From assembly GCF_001458595.1 (NCBI RefSeq), contig NZ_LN890328.1, positions 2,244,831-2,284,830 of the forward strand: 40,000 bases of DNA. The letters are read 5' to 3'. Source of the stretch: Clostridium neonatale. GTDB lineage: Bacteria > Bacillota > Clostridia > Clostridiales > Clostridiaceae. Positions within the stretch are counted from its first letter, which is position 1. Each line of letters opens with the position of its first letter. The notes under the pieces were generated by a model, which was not told the origin of the DNA, made no database searches, and saw nothing but the letters and a program-made list of their open reading frames with translations. The position numbers and the translations under genes are program-made. Below are positions 9,684 to 17,149 of the stretch, one piece after another.

Positions 9684-10511
9684 TCAATTATTATTTTCAT
9701 TAACTAATTTTTTCTGTACCACAGCTACTATTTCATACATTAAAAAAGCAACAATTGATAAAATAACAATACTCATCATTACCATGTCAAGCTGTGCGAC
9801 CTGTCCTCCATATATTATTAAGAATCCTAAGCCTTCTTTAGCAACTAAGAATTCTCCCATAATTACACCAACCCAAGATAATCCCACATTTATTTTTAAT
9901 GCAGATATAAAAACAGGAATTGAATATGGAAAAACTAAAAACTTAAGCATTTGGATTTTTGATGCGCCAAAGGTCTTCATCAGCATGATTTTTTCATCCT
10001 CTATTTCATTAAATCCTGTTAATATGCTGATTATTGTAGTTACAATGGAAATCAATAATGTTATTACAATTATTGCTGGTTTTCCATTACCTATCCAAAA
10101 TATTATAATTGGAGCTAATGCTACTTTAGGAAGCGCATTTAATACTACTAAATATGGATCTAATATTTTTGATACAAATGGACACCACCATAATATAACT
10201 GCAATTATTCCACCTAATACAGTTCCTAGCGTAAATCCTATTATTGTCTCATAACATGTTACCAATATATGATTTAATAAGTTTCCATCTTCATATAACG
10301 ATATGAACGATTTTATAACTCTGCTAGGACTAGATGTTAAAAATGGATCTATCCATTTTAAATCAGCTGCAATTTGCCACAAGCCTATAAAGATCACAAG
10401 AATAAGAATTCTGCTTATTATTATTTTTCTCTTACTAGCTTTAACGCTTTTTAGATATATCTCATGCTCTTTACTAATATTCTTTTCTTCTGCCTTATTC
10501 ATTGCACTCAT
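9684..10511 (-). CDS. ABC transporter permease (NitT/TauT, SsuC-like)
   Basis: 6-TM BPD-type permease with an EAA-like loop (TFGASKIQMLKFLVFPYSIP). Overlaps the upstream ATPase gene. Confidence 0.85.
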   Translation of the reverse strand: MSAMNKAEEKNISKEHEIYLKSVKASKRKIIISRILILVIFIGLWQIAADLKWIDPFLTSSPSRVIKSFISLYEDGNLLNHILVTCYETIIGFTLGTVLGGIIAVILWWCPFVSKILDPYLVVLNALPKVALAPIIIFWIGNGKPAIIVITLLISIVTTIISILTGFNEIEDEKIMLMKTFGASKIQMLKFLVFPYSIPVFISALKINVGLSWVGVIMGEFLVAKEGLGFLIIYGGQVAQLDMVMMSIVILSIVAFLMYEIVAVVQKKLVNENNN

Positions 10512-11262
10512 CTAACTCCTTCCATAACTTATTGAAATACTCTCTAAATTCTGGCTCCTTACGTCTTTCAAAAGGAGTTAAATTATCCTTTAAAAATTCT
10601 ATATCTTCTTCTATTTTTACACTTGATGGCCTCTTAGTTAAAACAACTACCTTGTCTGAAATTGAAATAGCTTCACTTATATCATGAGTAACCATAATTG
10701 CTGTTTTATTTTCATTTTTAATTATCTTGTATACATCATCACATACTAAAAGTCTTGATTGATAATCTAATGCTGAGAATGGTTCATCTAAAAACAATAT
10801 CTCTGGATTAAGAGCTAAAGTTCTAATAAGTGCAACCCTTTGACGCATTCCCCCTGATAATTGACTTGGATGATGATTTTTAAACTTACTAAGTCCATAA
10901 GTCTCTAAAAGTTTATTTACTCTATCAATAGATTCATCGTTAAGCTTATTTTTTATTTTTAATCCTAGAATTACGTTATCCCAAACTGTATTCCATTCGA
11001 ATAAGTGATCTTTTTGAAACATATATCCAATCTTATCCAGATGTTTTTTTATATCTTCTCCTTTATATAAAGCTCCACCACTTGTTGGATTTAAAAGACC
11101 ACTTATTATATTAAGAAGTGTGGACTTCCCACATCCAGAAGGTCCTAAAATGGAAATAAACTGACCAAATTCAACATCAAAATTAACATTATCCAATGCT
11201 TTTGTTTCACCTTGAACTGTATGATAATTCATTGATATATTGGATATTTTTAATAATGTCAT
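10495..11262 (-). CDS. ABC transporter ATP-binding protein
   Basis: Walker A GPSGCGKST, signature LSGGMRQR, Walker B ILFLDEP. The track start is 11277; ATG 11262 is preferred because of the AAGGTGGTGG RBS. Confidence 0.9.
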   Translation of the reverse strand: MTLLKISNISMNYHTVQGETKALDNVNFDVEFGQFISILGPSGCGKSTLLNIISGLLNPTSGGALYKGEDIKKHLDKIGYMFQKDHLFEWNTVWDNVILGLKIKNKLNDESIDRVNKLLETYGLSKFKNHHPSQLSGGMRQRVALIRTLALNPEILFLDEPFSALDYQSRLLVCDDVYKIIKNENKTAIMVTHDISEAISISDKVVVLTKRPSSVKIEEDIEFLKDNLTPFERRKEPEFREYFNKLWKELDECNE

Positions 11263-11298
11263 ATATAATTCCACCACCTTATCATCTTTTTGTTTACA

Positions 11299-11885
11299 CT
11301 ATTTTATAGCTTTTTCTGCATAAGAGTTATCAACAATAGCGTTAAATGCTGGTTTTTGTGGAATTAAACTGCTGTCATATTCAATAATAATATCCATTAA
11401 TCTATTTAAATCTTCTTCTTTAATTACTGGATTATGAGCCAAAGCATCGATTTTCTTATAATTATCTATAACTGTAACTATTGTATCTTTATCAGTACCA
11501 GGGAAATAGTCAATTATTTTATCTGCTATTTCTTCACTTGAATGAGAAAAATACCATTGTTGGCCTTTATAAATAGCATTTGTGAATTTCTGTATTACTT
11601 CTGGATTTTCTTTCATATATGAATTTGTAGCAAAGAAACAAGTATATGGTATGACACCTGATTCTTCACCTACAGAAGCAAGTATATGACCTGTTCCTTC
11701 TTTTTCAAGAACTGAAGCTGTTGGCTCAAATAAAGCAACGTAATCTCCAGTACCACCTTTAAATGCTCCTGCAGTAGCTGCAAAATCTATATTTGTAACC
11801 ATATTTGCATCTGTCTTTGGAATGATTCCATTTTGCTTCATAGCATATTCTAGTGCCATAGCTGGAACTCCTGCAAGACTCTTCA
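11299..11885 (-). pseudogene. ABC substrate-binding protein (NMT1/SsuA-like), C-terminal ~195 aa only; 5' part missing
   Basis: The tail of track ORF 11299..12093, AGVPAMALEYAMKQNG...GDYVALFEPTAS...IQKFTNAIYKGQ, fits the C-terminal lobe of NMT1/SsuA-type binding proteins. The first ~73 codons (11886-12093) are unrelated hydrophobic sequence with no RBS. No signal or lipoprotein sequence is present. Confidence 0.6.
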
Positions 11886-11998
11886 AATACATATTAATTT
11901 TCCAATTGCTTGGAGATTTAAATCTAATATAAAAAATGACAGTATAATTAACACCACCAAATAAATATAACATTCCCCAACAAACTAATAATAAAAGT

Positions 11999-12030
11999 GT
12001 AGTTACTATATCAATATTGACAGTAACTAC
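11999..12030. repeat. 32-bp imperfect palindrome in the prophage end arm
   Basis: GTAGTTACT-ATATCAATATTGAC-AGTAACTAC, with perfect 9-bp arms and an inner TCAATATTGA palindrome. On the minus strand it is followed by a T-rich run, so it could act as a terminator or as a protein-binding site. Confidence 0.4.
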
Positions 12031-12130
12031 GCCAAAAAATCGGCTCAGTCCAAAATTGGATTGAGCTTTTTCTTCCTTACCAGTAGGTGTCATAAGAACT
12101 GTAATAAAAATGTCGCAAAAACTAATTTAA

Positions 12131-12472
12131 TTCTTGTTATCATCCTATTCCTCAACAGTTCTAGCTTTACAATGCCTTTTATTTTTTTGTAAAATATTTC
12201 TTGTTACACTTTTTGTTACACCCTAAACCCTCTCTATTCCTTGCCTTTATATATATATTATATATATTGTAATAATAATATATAAATATATATATATAAT
12301 AAGGGAGATACATATACATACCTATATAGTATTATATATAAAGATAAGCACGTGTAATTTCAACTCTTGTTACACCTAGTGGAATTATCTTTAAACCCTT
12401 GTAATATCGGGGCTTAGAGGTGCGCAAAAGGGTGAAAATTCTTGTTACATAGGGCTGAAATTCTTGTTACTA
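12131..12472 (+). repeat. IR-L: composite module with six TTCTTGTTACA-type boxes around a TA-repeat core
   Basis: Boxes lie at 12131, 12198, 12210, 12364, 12439 and 12461, all in the same orientation. The TA-rich core is ~12246-12329. The 22-mer TATTATATATAAAGATAAGCAC lies at 12330-12351. The module is the inverted counterpart of 38143-38511. Confidence 0.85.
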
Positions 12473-12506
12473 TATATAAAATAACTGTTTATTTTTATTA
12501 AATATT

Positions 12507-12515
12507 TGTTATAAT
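12507..12515 (+). promoter_or_regulatory. Extended -10 promoter (TGTTATAAT) reading rightward out of IR-L
   Basis: Exact TGnTATAAT with AT-rich upstream sequence. No ORF lies downstream. Confidence 0.4.
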
Positions 12516-12522
12516 ATAAATA

Positions 12523-12652
12523 AGAAAAGCCTAGTGCGGGAACACTAAGCTTCTCCTAGAACGTTTTTAGTTTTAGGGCTATTGAAATTCACATATATAA
12601 ATATGTTTTAATGAAAAAGCACTTATTCTTGGTTAGATGGGGTGCTTTTTTC
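12523..12652 (+). ncRNA. Candidate antisense RNA (putative type I antitoxin) convergent with the 55-aa ORF
   Basis: Predicted start is ~7 nt after the -10 element. The possible 3' end is the hairpin AAAAAGCAC...GTGCTTTTTT (12614-12651). It is non-coding and fully complementary to the 3' UTR and last codons of the minus-strand ORF. The ends are predictions only. Confidence 0.3.
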
Positions 12653-12790
12653 ATTTGTGTTTAATTCAAAATTAATCCATTTAATTAAACTCAAACTTAT
12701 TTTACAATTCTTACTTTTAGGGTTTAACGCCACAATAACAACTGTTATTATAGCAACTATACACACTAATAGAACTATACAAATCCACAT
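12623..12790 (-). CDS. Small membrane protein, 55 aa (candidate type I toxin)
   Basis: Absent from the ORF track because it is under 60 aa. Sequence: MWICIVLLVCIVAIITVVIVALNPKSKNCKISLSLIKWINFELNTNEKSTPSNQE. The SD AAGGGGGTGG lies 7 nt upstream. It has an N-terminal TM helix and a polar tail. Confidence 0.5.
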   Translation of the reverse strand: MWICIVLLVCIVAIITVVIVALNPKSKNCKISLSLIKWINFELNTNEKSTPSNQE

Positions 12791-12879
12791 TTCAATACCA
12801 CCCCCTTAGACTATTATTTTTAATAGCCCAAGGCGGAAAACGTACAACCACCGCCCCCATCTTTGCGGAATATAGTGTT

Positions 12880-12888
12880 ATTATATCA
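12880..12888 (-). promoter_or_regulatory. Extended -10 promoter (TGATATAAT) for the 55-aa ORF
   Basis: Exact TGnTATAAT preceded by an A tract, ~85 nt upstream of the ATG. The leader contains the alternative pairing segments GGCGG / CCGCC / GGUGG (the last is the SD). Confidence 0.45.
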
Positions 12889-12963
12889 TTATTTGTTTTT
12901 ATGTGGAATATTTTTCTTTTATACAATTTATGCTTTTTAAACAGACATAATATTAACCTACAA

Positions 12964-12999
12964 AAAAGGAGATAACTAAATTAATAGTTGTCTCCTTTT
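12964..12999 (-). terminator. Hairpin terminator (unit U8) downstream of the 44-aa ORF
   Basis: 15-bp arms AAAAGGAGA(T/C)AACTA with a 6-nt loop, followed by a T run on the minus strand. Homologous to the U5 hairpin. Confidence 0.5.
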
Positions 13000-13075
13000 A
13001 GGTAAAATATGAATAAATATATAAAAAAAATGTTCCACCAAAATACATATCGAAATATTTTTAAATCACTTTAGC

Positions 13076-13210
13076 TTATATTAGTTCTTTTTTTACATAC
13101 TCTATTATAGTATCTTCTTCACCTTTAAATACATCTGCTAACTTTAATATAATCTCTTGATCTTCTATATCCATATCTTTTATTATCTCATACAATTTAT
13201 TATTGCACAT
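13076..13210 (-). CDS. Small acidic protein, 44 aa, unknown function
   Basis: My translation is MCNNKLYEIIKDMDIEDQEILLKLADVFKGEEDTIIEYVKKELI. The RBS is weak (GTGGGG). TATAAT lies ~25 nt upstream. Confidence 0.35.
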   Translation of the reverse strand: MCNNKLYEIIKDMDIEDQEIILKLADVFKGEEDTIIEYVKKELI

Positions 13211-13248
13211 AACTATACCCCACTGCTATTATATAAGCTTATATAAAG

Positions 13249-13281
13249 AGCTAGAAAAAGACTCTTTGTCTATCTCTAGCT
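13249..13281 (-). terminator. Hairpin terminator (unit U7)
   Basis: AGCTAGA...TCTAGCT outer stem with an inner GAC/GTC stem. Followed by CTTTATAT on the minus strand. Confidence 0.35.
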
Positions 13282-13429
13282 TTTTATGGTTTTTTTAACC
13301 ATAATTTAATACTCTTTTATAGTCATAATTGAATTCTTTTTTATTATAATTTACTTTTATATTTTTTATGTTAAATTTATGTTATATTTATATTAATTAT
13401 TTGTAAATATTTTATATTTTAAAACCAAA

Positions 13430-13509
13430 AGATAAAACAAAAGAGATAGCTTAAAAGGGGTTGGAAGCTATCTCTTTCTAAGTATTCTGGGCAAAAATAT
13501 TGTCTTTAC
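13430..13509 (-). ncRNA. Candidate small RNA unit U6
   Basis: Promoter TTGAAA (13545-13540), 18-nt spacer, TATAAT (13521-13516). About 80 nt without an RBS-led ORF. Perfect 12-bp hairpin AAGAGATAGCTT/AAGCTATCTCTT followed by TTTGTTTTAT. Confidence 0.35.
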
Positions 13510-13589
13510 ATACATATTATACTATAATTCTCCCAAACTTTTCAATATTTTATATCATATTTTTCAATACATTACATATTTTAATGTCA

Positions 13590-13667
13590 AGCAAAAAGAG
13601 ACAACTAAATTCATAGTTATCTCTTTTTTGATTATGTCATAAATATAAAATAATGAGTACCCCACTC
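13590..13667 (-). ncRNA. Candidate small RNA unit U5
   Basis: Extended -10 TGCTAAAAT (13682-13674). About 78 nt. Hairpin AAAGAGATAACTA/TAGTTGTCTCTTT followed by a T run. Confidence 0.3.
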
Positions 13668-13715
13668 AATTGTATTTTAGCATATTTTTAAATAACTTTA
13701 AACTCTAATTTATTT

Positions 13716-13793
13716 CATAGAAAAGAGATGGTCAAAGGAGCTATCTTTAAACCATCTCTTTAGGGAATTTTTGAACTAATTTGCATCTATTTC
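13716..13793 (-). ncRNA. Candidate small RNA unit U4
   Basis: TGATAATAT -10-like element (13808-13800). 11-bp hairpin AAAGAGATGGT/ACCATCTCTTT whose loop contains GCUCCUUUG (anti-SD-like), followed by a T run. Confidence 0.3.
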
Positions 13794-13841
13794 GTATCCA
13801 TATTATCATATTTTTTAACACTTTTCTATATTTTTCTACTC

Positions 13842-13904
13842 AAAAAAAGAAAGCCTATCTATAAAGGAGAGAAGTGTGGCTTTCTTTCTACTATTTGGAG
13901 TTAC
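13842..13904 (-). ncRNA. Candidate small RNA unit U3
   Basis: Extended -10 TGATAAAAT (13919-13911). 10-bp hairpin AAAGAAAGCC/GGCTTTCTTT whose loop contains UCUCUCCUUUA (anti-SD-like), followed by T7. Confidence 0.3.
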
Positions 13905-13929
13905 ATTTACATTTTATCATATTTTTACA

Positions 13930-14020
13930 TAAAAATAAAAGCCGATTAAAGAAATTAATCTCCAACCAGCTTTTACTATTTAATAGAATATGCAATCTTA
14001 GATCTGGGGATCACATTTTC
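13930..14020 (-). ncRNA. Candidate small RNA unit U2
   Basis: Promoter TTGAAA (14056-14051), 18-nt spacer, TGATATAAT (14035-14027). About 90 nt. Wobble-containing 12-bp hairpin AGCUGGUUGGAG/CUUUAAUCGGCU followed by UUUUAUUUUU. Confidence 0.35.
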
Positions 14021-14091
14021 AAAAATATTATATCATATGTTTTTTTAGCTTTTCAATTATTTTAAAGTATATTTTTTCTAAAAATCTATAT

Positions 14092-14171
14092 AATAAAAGT
14101 CAGCTAAAGAATTTAGTCTCTAACCGGCTTTTATTGTTTTCTATTTTATAGATATATGAATTTTTAAGTGT
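14092..14171 (-). ncRNA. Candidate small RNA unit U1
   Basis: CGATATAAT -10 element (14186-14178). About 80 nt. Its hairpin is homologous to that of U2 (AAAAGCCGGTTAGAGACTAAATTCTTTAGCTGACTTTT), followed by a T-rich run. Confidence 0.3.
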
Positions 14172-14234
14172 ATTGCTATTATATCGTATTTTTTTACATA
14201 ATAAAATAGTTTTTTTTATATTATTTAGCAAGTT

Positions 14235-14903
14235 CTATCTTATAGCATAGAACCAACTACCTAAAGTTTTCTGTAGCTCTTTACACTTTTCTATAGGCAA
14301 TACCTGCGTTTCTATCCATATACCTTTAGAATCTCCCTTTACATAACACCTTACACCTTTGAAATAATATAATACATATTCTAAGTCTACTCCTACAAAG
14401 CTACCATCACCACGATAGCCATTAGGCAAGTACGTAGTAACTATATAGCCTGTTGCTGTTTCTTCATTTTCCTTTAAAGCTTTAAAATCTGCTAGTGGAA
14501 AGTTAGCCCCTGGGCATTCTGTTGCTAATAATTCCTTGTGTCCATAAATAGGTAAGTTTCCATATTTACCTATTAAATATTTTATTAAATCTATTCCAGC
14601 ATTATATTCTGCTGTAGGCATTGTTTCTTTCATATAATTACCCTCAAAACAAATACCTAGTGTATTTGTATTACTACCTTGACAATGAGCTCCTATAGCT
14701 CCGTCTGGTCTACCTTTATAAATTGAGCCATCTTTTCTTATAAAATAATGATATCCTATTCCAGACCATCCATTATTTAAATGCCAAGAATGAATATCTT
14801 GTACAGTGCATTTACTTGCTTCTGCATGGTGCAATACTAATTTATTAGGTTTATTTCCATAACTTAATGATTTAAACTTTAATCCTACATCTATAATATT
14901 CAT
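14235..14903 (-). CDS. Endolysin: N-acetylmuramoyl-L-alanine amidase (Amidase_2/PGRP fold) with ~70-aa C-terminal domain
   Basis: LVLHHAEAS...IHSWHLNNGWSGIGYHYFIRKDGSIYKGRP...GAHC...GHKEL..TECPG are classic Amidase_2 zinc and catalytic motifs. GGAGG RBS. Confidence 0.9.
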   Translation of the reverse strand: MNIIDVGLKFKSLSYGNKPNKLVLHHAEASKCTVQDIHSWHLNNGWSGIGYHYFIRKDGSIYKGRPDGAIGAHCQGSNTNTLGICFEGNYMKETMPTAEYNAGIDLIKYLIGKYGNLPIYGHKELLATECPGANFPLADFKALKENEETATGYIVTTYLPNGYRGDGSFVGVDLEYVLYYFKGVRCYVKGDSKGIWIETQVLPIEKCKELQKTLGSWFYAIR

Positions 14904-14931
14904 TACAATTCCTCCAATTCATATAAAAATA

Positions 14932-14952
14932 AGGTGTTCATTAAGAACACCT
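14932..14952 (-). terminator. Hairpin between the holin and endolysin genes
   Basis: AGGTGTTC-TTAAT-GAACACCT followed by TATTTTTAT on the minus strand. Confidence 0.4.
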
Positions 14953-14957
14953 CTAAA

Positions 14958-15236
14958 TTATTCATCTTTAACTAATTGCTTTGCAGTTTGATTAACTCCA
15001 ACAGCTACACCCCAACATAAGATTCCTTGTAAAATTGCATTGGCTAAATTATTTACATTTAAACCACTATTAATTGAGTTCAAAAGTATAGAAAATACTA
15101 TACAAAATACCATTAAAATCATGGTAATATATTTATCCTTTATGCTTTCTATTTTCTTTAAAAATATTCCTAATACATATGTGGCAACAATTAGTATAAT
15201 AAGATTTTCTGGTATAAATTTTAGTAAGTTTTCCAT
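14958..15236 (-). CDS. Putative holin
   Basis: 92 aa with 3 predicted TM helices and a charged C-terminus. It lies directly upstream of the endolysin. Confidence 0.7.
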   Translation of the reverse strand: MENLLKFIPENLIILIVATYVLGIFLKKIESIKDKYITMILMVFCIVFSILLNSINSGLNVNNLANAILQGILCWGVAVGVNQTAKQLVKDE

Positions 15237-15259
15237 TTTTACATTCCACCTTTTCTAAA

Positions 15260-15484
15260 TTATTTAAATAAAAGAGCTATAGCTCCAGCAACAACTGCTC
15301 CAACTATAGTCCTCCATAACCATGTGTTATTTTTTTCTAAGTCTTCAATTCTATGATTCGCTACTTTTAATTTATCCTCTAAGTTTTCTAACTGCAAATT
15401 AATTGACTGTGGAATATTTTCTAGTAGCATTTCTATTTTTACAAGTCTTTCTCTTATTTCTTGTATAGTGTCTTTATCATCCAT
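15260..15484 (-). CDS. xhlA: XhlA-family protein (lysis-associated, C-terminal TM anchor)
   Basis: Coiled-coil N-terminus plus WLWRTIVGAVVAGAIALLF at the C-terminus. It has the same position as PBSX xhlA, before the holin and amidase. Confidence 0.7.
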   Translation of the reverse strand: MDDKDTIQEIRERLVKIEMLLENIPQSINLQLENLEDKLKVANHRIEDLEKNNTWLWRTIVGAVVAGAIALLFK

Positions 15485-15602
15485 ATTGCACCTCTTTCTT
15501 AATTTTTAATATAAAATAAGCATAATAAAAAGGTCCATATGACCTCTAAATTATGCTTTCATTTATTAATTTTTGAATTTTATTTTACTGCATCCCTTTC
15601 GC

Positions 15603-15734
15603 CTATTGCGTAGCTTTACTTGCAATAATTTCTTGCTTTTGTTCTTCTGTAATCCATCTAGCATTAACAAATACATCTAAATTACTTTCTGTATAAAGTC
15701 CCAACAAATAGTATTCTTTAATATAACTAAGCAT
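15603..15734 (-). CDS. xkdX: XkdX-family small phage protein
   Basis: Absent from the track (43 aa). MLSYIKEYYLLGLYTESNLDVFVNARWITEEQKQEIIASKATQ matches the XkdX pattern (YY..G.YT..D...FV....IT.E). The ATG overlaps the upstream stop. Confidence 0.7.
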   Translation of the reverse strand: MLSYIKEYYLLGLYTESNLDVFVNARWITEEQKQEIIASKATQ

Positions 15735-16134
15735 TTGTACTACCTCCCGCTATTTGTAATAATATTTGTGCATTTAATTTCTTTTGTTCTTCCAACTCTA
15801 ATTGCATATTAGCATTATCCTGCAATAACTTAGCATTTAATATTTGCTGTTCTGTTGGTTGCTGTACTGGTATAGGAAATAAGCTTTCCTTTTCTTCATC
15901 AGTTAGCTCTACAACTTCATTATTTACATATTTATAATTACATCTGCCTTGCGAATCTCTTAACGGCTTATCTCTTGGAAAATAATTACCTTGTGCATGA
16001 GAATATTTATCCCCAATACCTTCATCAATTTGTATATATCCACTTGTATCTTCTAAGGTTAAATCACTTTCTACGCCAATAATACAATTATTTTTATCTG
16101 TTTTTATATATATTTTATACTTGAATTCTTCCAT
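15727..16134 (-). CDS. Tail-fibre-associated protein (possible fibre chaperone/assembly protein)
   Basis: The track ORF extends to 16161; ATG 16134 is preferred because of the TAGGAGGTG RBS. The assignment rests on its position between the fibre gene and xkdX, with a coiled-coil C-terminus. Confidence 0.5.
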   Translation of the reverse strand: MEEFKYKIYIKTDKNNCIIGVESDLTLEDTSGYIQIDEGIGDKYSHAQGNYFPRDKPLRDSQGRCNYKYVNNEVVELTDEEKESLFPIPVQQPTEQQILNAKLLQDNANMQLELEEQKKLNAQILLQIAGGSTNA

Positions 16135-16144
16135 GTTGCACCTC

Positions 16145-17149
16145 CTAGTATATTTCTGCATCTAAACTTCCATCATCAGATAGCATTAACTGTCCATCAC
16201 TCATTCCATGAGTCGATTTTGTAGCATGAACTATCATCCCCATAGGTACAATGTTAACTGCAAAGGTAAAATCTGACACACCTGCTCCACTTAAAGTATT
16301 TATAGAAAATGCATTATTTATAGTTGGTATTATTCTTAATGTTGTAGGTAATGGTACAAAAAAGAATAATTGATTGCCATTAATACCAACAGCTCTATAC
16401 CTAGCTCTTTCATTTCCCCATCTATAATAATATCTTTGACACAAAGCCAATTCTTCGCCATATGGTCGTGGGACGAATGGTGTTGCTTTTGAACCTAGTT
16501 CAAATTTTGCATTTTCAAATCTTATATATAAATCATCTCCTACTGTAAATTTGTTATCTTCTTCTATCCTAAAAATGTCTATTCCTAACCAATCATCAGA
16601 ACTCAAATCTCCAAGTGTAATCTGACATTCGATTAGTTGTCTTGTTGCCTTTGCTTCATATGATTTCAAAAATATATTTGCATTTCTGCTTGGAGACCAT
16701 ACTCTAATATAAGGACTTATTTTTACACCAGCACTGGTAGTCACATAAAATGATAAAGTAACAGTACTATTCGAAAAAATATTCTTAAGTTCTTGATTTA
16801 ACTCAATTCTTTGCATAAACCAAAATCTTTTATTAGAAATTAATTTAATTTGAACGCCACCATTAGCATGTCTAACAATTTTACCTTTGTCATCACCTTC
16901 TACATCATACATCCATCTATCAGCAGTATATCCGTTAGTAGAGAATGATGTTCCCCTCTGCCAAACTGAAAAGCCACCATTTATAAATAAATTAAGATTC
17001 GCCAAATCGTTCAATTGCGTAGTAATTTCTCCTGCCCATTTATCTATTTTATCTGAATTAGAATTGACTCTTTCTACATCATAGCTATCATCAACACTAT
17101 CCTTACTTAAATTTAAATTAGTGGTGTATGTCCCTTGATAATCACTCAT
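16145..17149 (-). CDS. Tail fibre / receptor-binding protein
   Basis: Lies after the baseplate genes. The N-terminus TNLNLSKDSVDDSYDVERVNSNSDKIDKW is typical of the fibre attachment region. Confidence 0.6.
   Translation of the reverse strand: MSDYQGTYTTNLNLSKDSVDDSYDVERVNSNSDKIDKWAGEITTQLNDLANLNLFINGGFSVWQRGTSFSTNGYTADRWMYDVEGDDKGKIVRHANGGVQIKLISNKRFWFMQRIELNQELKNIFSNSTVTLSFYVTTSAGVKISPYIRVWSPSRNANIFLKSYEAKATRQLIECQITLGDLSSDDWLGIDIFRIEEDNKFTVGDDLYIRFENAKFELGSKATPFVPRPYGEELALCQRYYYRWGNERARYRAVGINGNQLFFFVPLPTTLRIIPTINNAFSINTLSGAGVSDFTFAVNIVPMGMIVHATKSTHGMSDGQLMLSDDGSLDAEIY

Noticed and set aside
11886-12093. A chimeric ORF fusing ~73 phage-end codons (with a hydrophobic helix) to the truncated binding-protein gene.
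   Set aside because: No RBS precedes ATG 12093, and a terminator-like palindrome lies inside it. It is most likely a fortuitous open frame, not an expressed fusion.
12246-12329. TA/TAA repeat tracts (also 38284-38369) as a CRISPR array or simple microsatellite.
   Set aside because: There is no repeat-spacer periodicity and no cas genes. The tracts are embedded at the same place in both box modules, so they are treated as part of those modules.
13874-14065. Plus-strand 63-aa ORF with an apparently strong RBS (AAAGGAGAG, 5 nt, GTG) inside the hairpin array.
   Set aside because: The RBS is simply the complement of the anti-SD-like loop of unit U3. The ORF runs through two terminator hairpins and encodes low-complexity sequence. 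I see no plus-strand promoter. It is kept only as a remote possibility.
12964-14186. The hairpin units as a CRISPR array or a ToxI-like tandem repeat.
   Set aside because: The units differ in length and sequence, with only pairwise-similar hairpins. Each has its own promoter-like element. There is no constant repeat.
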